Assembly: GCF_021869535.1 (NCBI RefSeq)
Contig: NW_026262679.1
Location: forward strand, 27,962,001 to 28,026,000
DNA from: Mytilus californianus
Lineage: Eukaryota
Length of the DNA stretch: 64,000 nt
Direction: 5' to 3'
The notes below the pieces were generated by a model. It ran no database searches. It had not been told where the DNA came from and saw only the letters and a program-made list of their open reading frames with translations. This document shows, in pieces, positions 14,001 through 27,600 of the stretch. A program made the translations under genes and the position numbers. The stretch's first letter is position 1. Every line of letters begins with the position of its first letter.

Positions 14001-17000
14001 GAAATCAGTTCTTCAGGAACTCTCAACAAGTATTGAAGACGTTAGAAAAGACCCAAATAAACACCTGTCTCCAGTTGAACTAAGTATTTTACTTCAAATT
14101 TCAGTCAAAGCAACAGGCGGACTAGCTCATATTGGGATAAACGGGAGTTCTTCATCAACGAAATGGTTTGTTACATGGGCAACTGGTACAGATAGAAGCA
14201 AGACTCTTGCAATGGATTCAGCTGTTAAGGGTTTACTGCCTCTAGGTAGTGTGGCTTGTCCGTTAGAAAACATACATGGGGACACGTACAGGACTTGCCA
14301 ATTGAATGAATTACCTTTCGGGTTTTACAAAACCAGTCATGTCTTCTGTTACCTCCCACTGCCTGTTGAAACAAAATTTCCAGTTCACATCAATGGCTCT
14401 TTTGCTGTAACATCTGATCGCAGACGACTCTCATGTAAAACAACAGATGATAAGGATTCATTTCAGAGCGACTGGAATGAAGCTTTGATGACGGATGCCG
14501 TTTGTAATGCTTATATACTGTTCCTTAAAAATCTTCGTCACCTAAACATTGAAACGAAAGAACAGTTTCACAAACAATGGCCTGTACAGTATAAGAAAGA
14601 GGAAAACCAGAGCAACTTTGGTAAATTGCAAGTTTCATTTTATCAGAAAATAGCAAATGAAAAGAAAGGTATTGAAGTATTTAGGAGAGAAGAAAACTTT
14701 ACCTCTATTGACCATTGTAAGTTTCTTGACCCCAAGATACTGGAAACAGAATTTGGTGACAAGGCATTTTCTGTTTGTATTCAACTTCTTGAAAACGATA
14801 AAACTACAATGATGCAATTACCAAGCAGATTAAGTTCATGTTTTAAAGATGCAGGATGTGAGTCAATAATAGAATCAAGAATAATAAATATCATTACGTT
14901 TTATTCAGAATTAGTTTTGCCACATCTTTCTTCAAATGAAATTTGGGATGAACAAATCAAAGACCAGCTCATGCTTCATGCATTGGACAATGCATCTGAT
15001 AAGATACTTTCGCTTTTGCAGAACCATGAATCTATACCGACAGCTCCAAATAGACTCTTTAGACGTCCTAGTGAAATAGTTAACAAAACAGGACCTCTGA
15101 ATGTTCTCTTTTGTGATGAAGACCAACGGTTTGTGGTTGGGACAGAGTACACTACATCAAAAAGATTGAATACTCTAAAAAATCTCGGAATGATAACAGA
15201 CCAACTTTCAGAGGATCTGATTGAAGATAGAGCAGTTTCAATACAATCTCTGGCTACAGTCTGCTCTCAATGTGCACTAGATCGCTGTGCACAATTTGTA
15301 AAATATCTAAATACGATGCACACGAGTATCATTAAAAACCAACGACTGTTGAATAAATTGCAGTCAATTAAGTTTTTGCCAATAAAATCTAAACCCAATG
15401 ACTGGAAATGGACTTGGGCTGCGGATACAGTTGCACACCCTGGAGATAAATGTGAGCATTATACATGTGGGAATGAAAACCATAGGAAAGATACCTCTGT
15501 AGTTTTTGAACGCCCAATTGAAATTTATTCTGCAACATTGAATGATATTGTAGGATGCATATTTCCAGTTTTGGATGAAAGTTACTTTTCACGTGACAGC
15601 TACCATGAACTTTTTACACAGCTTGGTGTAAATAACGCAGTTGATCTTGGACAAGCATTAAACAATCTATCCACTCTTAGCAATGCTGTTTGTCAAAATG
15701 GAATTGGTGATGGAACACATATGTTGAACAACACAACATTGAGTGTATATAGATATATCAATGATATTTCCATACACAACTTACACTTAGAAGAGAAGGC
15801 TAGTTTTTTATATGAAACAGCAGAGTGTTATATGGACAAAAAAATTCTACTTCTTGATGGTAGTTTTGTAAAACCTAACAATGTTTTTTTGGATATGTCT
15901 GAAGACTGTATCCCTTACCTGTATAGTCTTAAAAGGGCAGACCATATCAGAAAATTAAAAGGATTTGTAGATCTCTTTAGAATTGAAAAGCAATGTCCTG
16001 CTCGACGGGTAATAAATGAATTACTATCATATCAGTCTAAACATGGATCAGATGCAATGAACGAGAGTGAAGTGAGACTTTATGTTAGACTTTTGAAGGT
16101 TTTAGTTGATTCACTAAACAGCGATGTAATAGATAATGATACTCTTAGGGAGCTATATATTCCAGATGCTGATGGAGTTCTGAGCCCTATTCATACGTTA
16201 TGTCTTGACAGCATCGATATAAAGTCCACAGATACAATGAGATTCACACATCAAAGTATCTCCCCAGAAATTGCAGTGCCATTAGGAATCAATACTAAAA
16301 GACAAAAAAAGGTAGCCGACTGCTCTAGACCATCAAAAATTTATTCAAAAGACTTTGGTCAGCACGAGGAACTTATCACAAGGATAAACCGTATACTCTC
16401 GGGCTATCCTTGTGACTCTGGTGTACTGAAAGAAATGGTGCAAAATGCAGATGACGCTAAGGCTACAGAAGTGCATATTGTCATGGACTTTGCTATGCAT
16501 CCAACAGACAACTTACTTTCCGAAACATGGAAGCCTTTGCAGGGACCTGCTGTTCTTGTATGTAATGACAGTTATTTTTCTGAGTCTGATATAGAAGGAA
16601 TCCAAAGGCTTGGAATAGGCAGCAAAAGTGGAGATCCAACAAAGACTGGACAGTATGGAGTTGGATTCAATGCTGTGTACCATCTGACAGACGTTCCCTC
16701 ATTTCTGACAAGAGGTCCAGAAGTTCAAACTGGAGAAGTTCTTTGTGTAATGGATCCACATTGCAGATATGTTCCAGATGCAACGATTCAATGTCCAGGT
16801 AGAGAATATATAAATACTGAAGTATTAAAAGAAGAACATCCTAATGTTTTTAGCTGTTATCATGATCAAATTCTACTAAAAGAAACTGGAACAATTTTCA
16901 GGCTCCCAATAAGAACATCTCAGTTTAAATCAGATATTTCTGGATCACACTTAACCATAGAAGATGTTAGAGAGCTTGTTAATGGCTTCAAAGACGAAAT

Positions 17001-20000
17001 GGGAGAAATGCTGCTGTTTGTCAACCATGTAAAATCTATAAAGGTTTCAGAAATAATAGAAGGAAAGTTACAACCTGTATACTGTGTTCATTTGGAAATG
17101 TCCGACACAGATGCAGAAATGAGACAAAAGTTTTATAACATGATAGACAGTGGATCTAAAAGCATTCGGGATTGTCAAGAACCAGACTCCATCGATCCAA
17201 ATGAAGTTAAATATTTTGCCGACATCAGAGATTGTAATGGTGCATATTCAAAATGGTTAATAGTTCGTCGAATGGGTTTTTCAGGAAAACATAAAATACC
17301 AGAAGAAGTTATCGGTTCCTACAGAAATGGAAATCTTGGCCTTCTACCAAGAGGAGGTATAGCTTTGTCACTTGATGAAGGGAAGAACGAAAAGGAAAAC
17401 GGCAAGGCGTTCTGTTTTCTGCCACTTCCAGTTGAAACTGGACTACCCGTTCACGTGAATGGACATTTCGCATTAGATCACGAGGCAAGACGAAACTTGT
17501 GGACAGATGATAAAGAAGGATATCGATTATCTTGGAACAAATATTTAATGGAAGACGTCATTGTTCCATCTTATGTAAGTGCCTTACATATATGGAAGAA
17601 AAAATACAGCATCGATACTGGTACACCAACAAATGCACAAAATATGAAGAAAACGCTTATAGAATACCACAGACTTTTTCCAGACACATCAAAGATTACA
17701 GGCATTTTCAAGTTCCTGGCGCAAAGTTTATACAGATGGATTTATAATTATGAAGAACATATGTTTCCAGTATGTAAACTTGTTACAAAAACTGACGTAA
17801 TAACAACCTTTTACCCAGTTGTAAGTGATGTCTTTCATTTTCCTTGTGTATTCAACACATTAAAAACAAAAAACATAACAATAACAACCGACTTCAAGAC
17901 TGTTTCACACACTAGCAAAAGAATAAATGAGCGTGTTTCAAGTTTGGAGCATTCAGGGGCATCACTTGAAAGCAGAGCTGTTCAAAGGCTATCACAGTTC
18001 ATACAAATATGCAAAGATATAGGAATCAAATTGCTGGAATGCCCAAAACATATTTTAAAAAGTATGAAGGATGCTGATCTTAAAGTTGAAGAGATGACCC
18101 CAGTATTGTTCATTTCCTTTCTTAAGTCACATGAAGAAGAACATGAAGATAGTTGTAAGATTGGTAAAATGGGACAGTCACTGGAAGAAACTGCTTTAAG
18201 GAAAATACAGAATCTTGAAATTTGTATAGAGTATTGTAAAAAGGTGACAAACGCAAATTTTGGTGACCTAATGGAAGGATTACCTTTGAATCTGACAAAT
18301 GATGGTGCCTTACGCTCATTCAGTACGTCGCATCCAGTATTTTGCTCAATATACTGTAGTCTCCTGCCCCATACATCGAATTTGTTTTTGCACTGCAATT
18401 TAGTTGATAATTTCAGCCCATCTGATAAAGGATTGAAGGCATTTGATATCGAAGGCTTTGTTGAACACCTCCCAGAAACTTTACATTTAGAGAAATACCG
18501 AACGAAGAATATACCAGTAGAATGGAATCCACAAAGTTCTAATATTCCAGAATCAGATTGGATTGAGAAAACATGGAAATTTCTTAGTTCTGTCGTACGT
18601 AATACACAACAGATGACAGATAACACCGAATCAAACACCAATGCTGAAGTTAACACATCAGAATCTATTTTAAAGATTCTCAACCAACTCCTGTATTGGA
18701 GTTTGGTTCCGTCAGTTCAAGTGAAAACATGTTTAGTTGAACAAGAAAATGAAACAAAAACGCATCTTTTAATGCCTGTGGGTGAAGCTATGTTTATACT
18801 GGACATAAGTACGTTTTCGGGAAAGCTCAAAAGGGCTTTAGAGGAATTAAGGATGCCCTTTCTAGACGAAAATATATACTTTGAGTACGACAACATTGTA
18901 AAGCATTTGGTCGTTGTAAGAGATCGTCCAATCTCTTTGCTCAATCTATTATTTGAAAAGCGACATACTATTGCAAGTCTACAAATTGAACCGACAGATT
19001 GTATAGAAATAATGGACTTTCTATCTGACCATTTAGACATTATGCTAAAAAATGATTCGGAAAAAGATATTTTGGAAAAAATAAAAGAAATACCGCTCCA
19101 TGTCAGCATTACAGGACAACATTGTAACATAAAAAGTGGTCAAAGCGTTCTGGTAATAAATGATATAGTTATAACTGATGGAATCGAAGAATGGGCTGAA
19201 GCATCATATACCTTACTTCTGCAGACAAGTACAAAACTCACTAAGCTATACGAAACATTAGGTTTTACAGATAAAAACCTGAAAAATATTGATCTCTACC
19301 GAAAGCACTTACTGCCAAAATTTGTCGCTTTGCCTAGGGAACATCATATGGCGCACATCAAGTACACACGAGATGTTTTGTTAACAAAACCGATTGGCGG
19401 TTCCTTTAATGAAGTGCAAGAAGATCTCATTTCAATACTAGAAAGAGTTCAATTTGTGCCCGATATTGATGGGGATTTGAAAATAGCATCGAAGTTTAGG
19501 GATCCAACAAATGAGCTTATGCGACTTATGCTTTCAGACTCGGAATTCCCAGCAACAGAATATAAGGATAGCGAATGGATTTTTTTCTTGAAGATAATCG
19601 GCTTACAAACTGAAATTACACCAGAAATGGTCTTACAATTTGCAAATGATATTGAGCAAATTGGACGGAATGGTATAACAAAAGAAAATGAAAAGGATTT
19701 GACATCAAAATCCAAGTTGTTAGTGGAGCATATCTTTACTCGACTAGAAGTAGATACAAACATGCTGAGATCATTAAATACCATAAAATTTATTCCTATA
19801 CACACTATTTGTAATTGGAAATCACGTATATGCTCACAGGCTAATGAAGCAGAATTGATCAGTTTTCATAATGCGACTCTCAGTTATAAGCAAGATATTT
19901 GTTGGACAAGATGTTCGTTAATTCCAGAATGGGCAAATCCATTAAATCCATTAAACCAGCATTATTATGTCGGAATGAAAAAGTATGACGAAATGTTCAA

Positions 20001-22161
20001 ACATTTAGAAATAGTCGAAGAACCAGAATTTAGAGATGTTGTTTGTCATGTGCAGAACATATGTGACAATATGAATGCACTCATTCCCACAATCCAGGAG
20101 GATGAACGTCTTTCCTCAAGAATAGAAAAGTTAATGATTGGTATTTATAAATGGTTACATGGTAAAATGAATGATGGGTCAAACAAGGATAGCATGAAAA
20201 GGACACTTTATGCAAAACCTATTATTTTTTTGCCGGTATATAAATTATTTGTCTCATGCAATAAAGTTGCCATACACATAAAGGAGGAAGATGTTATAAA
20301 GCCATATCTTGTGGAGGCTCCGAGTAAATACGCCTCTTTTTACAATTTATTTGAATGCCTTGGTATGCAAAGACACATAAATGTTTGTAGTTTTGTTCAT
20401 GTGTTAAACCAACTGAAAACGAATATTGGAGACAGAACGGAGCTATTCGCAGAAGAAATGCAAATTGTAAAGCAAGCGGTTCAAAAAATGTTCGACTATT
20501 TACGACTTCCATTATTTGGTGACACTGAATATAAACAGCTTTCAGAATTAAAAACGCTTACTATGCTGTCAAGAGAACTCAATCTATGTGATTCAAAGCT
20601 TCTAGTATATTCTGACAATGAAGCTTTTGAGGAGAAAATAGGAGGTGACATGACAATGTCATATCTCGTAAGACTTGACGAACTTGGAGTAGGGATTACT
20701 GGTTCATTTTCACGAGAATTTCAAAAATTGCCAAAACATTTACAACCAAACATTTTGTCAAACATGATAAAAAAAAGATTGAAAGACAGTTTTGAATTAG
20801 TTCCGATAGATGAAAAAGGACAGTTAATTGCTACTTTGCTAAGTTCCTCGCAGTTCCATAAAGCAGTATTCCGTATTGCTATGCACGCAAGAAAACGAAT
20901 TGAATGGTTAACTGCGTTGGATCTGAATGAAAACATTGTAAATAAGTGGATTGAAAACCTAGAGAAAATACAGGTATTACAAGTCCGAACAATCGAATTT
21001 GATTTAAAGTTTAGAGACCAGAAGGTAGGATCGAAAGAGGTTACTTGTTATTACCAAAAGAAAGACGACTCTCCCAGTATTTTGTATTGTGCCCTAAAGG
21101 CTACAGAACTGAAGGAATGGGTGGTCGAGAATAGTGGTGTTTTTGATTATGCAATTTCCCATTGTTGCGACAGGAAATTTTTCGACGTTGGAGGCTTGCT
21201 TGTAAAAACTCTACTAAAGATCGACAAATTAGAAGACATGTCAATATTGTTAGATAATGAAAATGTTGAAGAATTTTCTATTTCAATCAGATGCCAATCT
21301 TCTTTGTTTCCACCTACTGGTACAACCGTGCATCAAAATTGGCATAGGTTTTTAGACAACAGTTTTACAGAGTTTCACGAGGGTGAATATGTAGCTGTTC
21401 TTTTGAGTGAGGAACAGAATGAAGGCGATATGTACATCCCAGCAGTCTATATTTATGCCAAGATCTTACAGAAATGCGACCCTATCCAAAATACATTATC
21501 TATTATCAGAAGTACGTTGCTAAAGTACAAGGTGCTTGTAGGGCGTGGTCGTATTCAGGAAATACATGCATTTGATATATTCAAATTTAATCGGAATAAA
21601 CAAGAAACTACTCAAGAGCTTGTGCCTTTTCTCGATATAGCAGATACTTCTCCTGACGACAGACCTTTGGAAAGCATTTGTCAGGATGTAGAAGCTATTA
21701 TACTTGCAGCATGGACTTTACCAGAAGAAGAAAGACGAAAATTAATCAAACGATTGTACAAAAAATGGCATCCAGATAAAAATCATGGAAATGAATTTGC
21801 GTCAACAGAAGTATTCAAGTTTATCAAACAAGCTGTTTTGAATTTAGAAAGGGGGCACGGCATCAGAGATAACAATACAGAGGACTTTGATTTTTCTAGG
21901 AATTCAGCATTTTGGTCCCACTTTCAGACATGGGACCATGATGCAACTAATAATTCTGAAAGACACTCGTCAGAAACCAATGGTGGCGGTGGCGCTCAAG
22001 GACATACGGCTGGTCGGCAAATGCGAGAACCTGTTCCATCATTAGCTGAAGCAAATCAGTGGATGCAACAAGCTAAACGAGACGTTACAGCAGCCAGTAA
22101 TTTTTTTGAAGCAGCGGAAGTAGGACACAATTTCAACTGGATATGTTTTATTTGTTATCAG
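11081..22161 (+). CDS. SACS: Sacsin-like protein, 11,081-bp giant exon (two sacsin repeat regions with GHKL-like ATPase motifs, J-like domain, start of HEPN)
   Basis: Open frame from the ORF track; acceptor ttgcAG at 11079-11080; donor cag|GTAATG at 22162. Repeat at about 13162: WGQSEPLTRRIKNLL...KEIIQNADDAGAT...KIGKFGLGFCSVY. Repeat at about 16354: FGQHEELITRIN...KEMVQNADDAKAT...KTGQYGVGFNAVY. J-like motif KRLYKKWHPDKN (HPD at 21769-21777). HEPN start EANQWMQQAKRD...NWICFICYQ. Confidence 0.93.
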
Positions 22162-23210
22162 GTAATGAAAAGATATGGTTATTAATTTAACAGTTCTTAA
22201 TTTTTGAAATGGTTGTAATTCCCTTTGGATTGAAAACACAGGAGTTATGTTAAGTATGAATAGTTAAATAATATAGCTATGTTTAGCTAGCTATTGCAAA
22301 AAGAATACCTAAGTTTCAATAAAGATTAAAGAAATTTATACTGTGATACAATAAATCTCTCTGCAATGCAGTAAAATTTCAGAAGGACCTAAACCTATTT
22401 AGAAAACATGTAATTATTTTTACCAGTATATCGCTTCTTTTTCTTCTACATTTTCCTTTGAATGTTTTTTGACAAGTACCGATTATGAGGGTTTTTACAT
22501 TTTGATACTGTAACGTGAGGGTACCCAAATTGCACCTATTTTGACAGTTTTTTCGCCTACGTTTATTTATGATCCAAACAAAAGTTTCCATTTTGTGTTT
22601 ATTTTGTAGAAGTATCCTTATTTGCTATATAGTCCCACCAATTTAATTTTGAATCCATATTGAATCATAGAAAATGGGTTTGAACCGACCTCCAAACGAC
22701 CCGTGATTCTGTAATGAGGAGTACTCATGCTTAAATTCACGTCCGTGAAAATCGAATAACTGATGTTTTGTTTTATTTCTTCAAATATTTAGAACAATTT
22801 GACAACAGTCCATGCTTAATATTCATATTTTAAGAAACGGATGCCCGTAACATATTTTAATTGCTTATTCTTAGAAGTTGACATTTTGTGGACGTCGTAT
22901 GGCGACGTTTCCGTAGATTTTACTTTTTGGAGAAAATAAGTACTTCACCTGTTGATATGTACCGTGAACGTTTTGTATATATATTTAGCTATGTTGAAAG
23001 ACGTGCATAATGTCAAATAATAAAAAAAAAACTAATTTTTAATTCTCTAAGAAAACTTGTAAGACTTCCGCTGCTATTTTAGCTAAATGGGTGCAATTTG
23101 GGTATTCGGTGCAATTTGGGTACAGTGACGTTAAATATCTGAATGGTCTTGTGTGTTTTTTTCATGATGGAAACAGCATTTGTCTTTTGTTCACCGTCAA
23201 ATCAGAAGAA

Positions 23211-24085
23211 CTAGAACACACCCGCGAAATCGCGGGTATTTAGAGCTTGGTTGAAAGTATGTATACTGTTGTAGGATGAATTTTTGTAAAAGATTTTATG
23301 TCTGGAGAATTTCAGAAAAGGTATCAAACTGAGTCATAGGCACTTGGAGACAGGACAATTATTTTAAGCCCTCTCCCTTTTTTCCAAAGTCCGTTATTTT
23401 TTTGCTCTCAGTTAAATTCTATGTTTTTCGCGTTTCTGTATACTATGAACATACATACAATATAAATAAAGTGTATTTACTATTAACTATCAATTCCAAG
23501 TTTCTTCTCCACGGCGATCACTGCTATATTATATAGAGAGTCTCTATATATTATAGGGTTATAATCATAGTATGCATGCAGAATAATGCGATAATAATTA
23601 TCCTGTCCCCGAGTAATTATGAAAATTATGTTTAAAGAGGGGAGTAAAGGGGGGGAGGTATCTGCTCGGAAGAACGCGAAATAAAATTGCCATTTCACGA
23701 TGAGCAAACAATCAAAAATTTCTTGCACGTTGATCTTTTTATCGATTTCAAGAAACACGGTGTATAACGAACCTTTTTCACGGCTGCACGTGAAATAAAA
23801 AGTGGCAAAACACGTTGCACGAAAATAACCCTTTACCCCCTCTTTTAAAGTTTAAAATCGGAAGTTTTGGGTATGACTTAAAAGTCGGTCTGATGACGGA
23901 AACAATATCCGGACGCCTTTTTCTTCGTTTTTTTCCCAAAATAACTCAAACTGAATAATCATAAGAATGGATGACAAATGCGACTATGCATGGTACCTAT
24001 AGGACACAGAGGCATGATGATTAATTTATTGGGGAAGGAAGAGAAGCGACACAAAAAATGAGGTCTTCTCGTTTAATAGTATAGA
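23211..24085 (-). mobile_element. Non-autonomous Helitron (875 bp) in the last sacsin intron
   Basis: On the minus strand the 5' end is A|TCTATACTATTAAAC and the 3' end is CTAG|T (23211-23214). A GC-rich hairpin acccgcga-tt-tcgcgggt (23220-23237) lies 5 nt before CTAG. No TSD. These are canonical Helitron termini. Confidence 0.85.
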
Positions 24086-24353
24086 TATTAAAAAAATTGA
24101 TAAACATTATGACGTCGGTGATAAGTCCGACTCAACATATTTGATGACACACGACTCACGATAATGAGTGATTTTCAAAGTTTGATTTGGTCCTAAATTT
24201 GTGTAAGGGTACAAAAAATAAAAACACAGACTTTAAAATAATTTTTTAATAGTAGCAGAAAGTTGAAATTAGATTCAAGATTAAATATTGTTATGATCAT
24301 TCTTGTTTCAACGTTAAATTTATCAAGCTTATTACAACATTATTTTTCACCAG

Positions 24354-24629
24354 TCTGTTGAGAAGATCTTGAAAGCTATGCACTACAACATGGATTCAAA
24401 CAACGTTCCCAATTCAAGCAGCTTGGAAAATTTGGTCACTGGCATGAATATTGAACTTCAGGATATGGTCATTACTTTGACGACATTACTTGGAAACCAC
24501 GCGGGATTGTTATACCCAGACCGTCATTCAATTCCAAGTATACCTGCAGATGAATTCGACAAAGCAAAAGCAGATCAAGCGATAAAACTAGCACACAAGA
24601 TTATAGAATATGTTTCTGACAGGCTCTGA
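24354..24629 (+). CDS. SACS: Sacsin-like protein, last coding exon (HEPN C-terminal part)
   Basis: Acceptor cacCAG at 24351-24353, phase 0. Splicing gives CFICYQ|SVEKILKAMHY, matching the HEPN C-x-x-Q-x-x-E-K-x-L-K-A pattern. Ends with YPD...AIKLAHKIIEYVSDRL and TGA at 24627-24629. Confidence 0.9.
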   Translation, partial: SVEKILKAMHYNMDSNNVPNSSSLENLVTGMNIELQDMVITLTTLLGNHAGLLYPDRHSIPSIPADEFDKAKADQAIKLAHKIIEYVSDRL

Positions 24630-27600
24630 AGGTGAGTAAAATGACAACTAGAAATAAAATACGTATTTCCCTTATGGCTTGAAGAAATTGTTAGAACGCT
24701 AATCTTACATTGTATCTATAAAACAGAGATATTCGTAAAGCATACAATCATACTCTTTTAAAACTCGATAGATACACTTCGTACAACATCTGCTCTTGGC
24801 ACTCGGTAACGGCATGATTTAAACTATGCTGTGTACATGAATTATTTTATTGTTCTAAAACTAAGGTTGCAACGCTTTTAGACAAAGTTAACCTCAGACT
24901 GTTTTGATTGTTTTGCTCTCAAAATATTAATACGTTCTGCTATACGTATTCTTCGTGGGCATACATGTACCTGATTTTGTTCTTTAGAGGTGTCATGTGG
25001 AGAATGAGTGTTGTTGGATTGTTGTCTCATTGGCGTATAATATCCCACAATGTATGAAAAGCAATCTAACAAATACTGTTATAGATTGCCCGCCAGTTCC
25101 ACAGAAAATACAGAAACAATACGAACATTTTAACATGTATGGGAACCGTCGAGATATTCGTATAACTCGGCAGGAAATAATGTTTCAATTAAAGACGAGA
25201 AAGTTTTGTCATTTCTATTTAACTATAATTATAGTATCATTGCGTCAAATGGTGAAGCGGGAAACATAGAGAAGTTACTCTTATATAAATGATAAATGAC
25301 ACAAAATGAATGGTTTGTTTTACGTGGGTAGCCATACTGATTAACACTCATTTCAAACTACAGTGATCGTACTCTTTTAATAGATAAAATATGATACTAA
25401 CATATTAAAAGTATTACGTATGTTTATTGATAATTTTTTTCAGATCTGAGGATGGTGGAATTGAGAAGAAACAGTTTTCAGATATTCTACAAAAGTGAAT
25501 TTGATATCTGTTGAGTTGATCGCATGTGTTTATTGACCGTATACTTGTAATATATTGAATACATGTTGGGTTTTCTTTTTTACATCTGCACAACTGAGAA
25601 TGGTGCAACATTGTTTAATTGACATTTAAAAGACATTATAATGCAGTGATAAGTTATTTGTTATTTGATCTGAAGAAAGTCTTCGAGACAAGTAGTTCAG
25701 TAAACCACGCAATTAATTTAACAATCATGTTGTTAATGATTTTATTTTAAACGGTTCAGAAAGGTTCAAATGAAATTGACCTTTGGTAGAGATAAGTATT
25801 GTTGATATAATATAAGAAAGACTTACTTAAATGCACATACATTATTAAAACTTGTTTGTTGATTTTTTTATGTAAATTTTGTTCATTGTATAAATTCTTT
25901 AAAAGTAGGAAAAGTCTTTACTTCTTCACCATTAATGACTGATTTACCCTAAGAATCTGTGCAAATTATGTAACTATTTAATTGGTGTCTTGAATCTTTT
26001 CTTTTTCGAATCTGCACTTCATGTTTTCTTTTTATTATTTTATACTATACAGTCATATATATCTTATTAAAGCAGTTTTTACAAACTGCGTGTAAGTCTT
26101 GTTCTGATTATTTTTTTTATAAAACTAATGATAACTTTAATATTTGTTCAATAACATATCTCCGTATGAAGATTAAGGGATGAATATGTATGAGAAACAT
26201 TCTGATTACTACAGTATATTCTTGGCCATTGCCGTATAGGGAAAGTAGTAGTAATTAATTTCCCTAGCTTTAGGTTGCCCTTCTGTGTACCGTGTAGCTA
26301 CTCAGGCGAAGGTAGTCAATTTTAGAGCGTTTTGGTGTGTAAATTTACAACATAATATTTGAAACACATGGATATATATTTTGGAGAATTTTTTGAAAAT
26401 ATTTCAGATTTTTCATAAATGTTTTGTAAAAAGACGGTTGCTATCATAATTGATACTTTGGTACAAGGTCAATAGAAAGACCGTCATGCCACAATGTGAC
26501 TTCAATTTCTAAAACAATTAATAAAGTACTTCTATCACACTCAACTTTCTTGTAAAAATTAGCAAATTCAGAAACTATTAGTTCTGTCGCCTATGATGGG
26601 AAAGTATTTCAGTTTTTCCTATTATAAGCATTATTTGTATAGAAAACGTTGTTTGTCTCCATCCTGACTGACTTACTAAGTGGAAGGTTTTCAATGATAA
26701 ACTTATATGAATCATGTTTGTTTGTTTTATGTGTTGTAGATTATATGCTGTTTTACTTCAAAATATATTATGACATACATATCACTTGAAACTGCAAAAC
26801 ATCTAATGGAAAGATTTGTATCAGACATTTTCGTTACACTTAATTTTGTTATATATTAAAACTTCATGCACTTTTTTTACATCATTGTTTCAGTATAGCC
26901 TTTTTCGGCGTTTTATTTTTGCACATGTATAAATGTACGCAAAACAATCGCATGTTAAAACAATAAATTAAGGATATGCCTGACTTCATGAGTATGGACA
27001 GACAGTAGAGTTTCTGTTAATAGTTAGACTAGTTATGGTATTTATTTACAATTGATTATTTGCAAGATAATTGGCTGTTAAAGACCATAATGGCAAACAA
27101 ATTACTTTAATTGAAACTGTTTTTTATGATTCAAAGAGGGAGGCATGTTTGAACTATCTATACGGCAAATGTGGCCGCTACTACAGTTTTGTATTTTCAT
27201 ATTTGTATACTACTTTTGTCAAGCGCTTTTAAATTTTGATATCTAATGTCATGTATATTAATTAAAAATGAGATAAGTTATTGAAATGTGATACTGTTAG
27301 TAAAGATTTGATTTGTATTTAAGTGTGTACATGGTTTGTATTATGATTTTACTAATAAATGTTTTGTTTGCTTAGATTGGAAATAATATTAAATCAATTT
27401 AATTTGAAAATGAGTGTTTTATTGTCCTTTATTTTTAAGCAGTAATCAATGATAGAAAAATATAAATATTATACACATTTTACACATACTGACCAAGGTG
27501 ATATTTTTTTACTGAGATTTATAATCACACAATAACACTTTTTTTTCAAAGAGCAGTATGTTTTTATTACACTGTGTGCATTGTTTCATCGCTACTTTTT

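Noticed and set aside
23890-23903. CTGATGA-CG-GAAAC as another hammerhead
   Set aside because: No stem II, and the flanks cannot form stem I or stem III around a valid NUH site.
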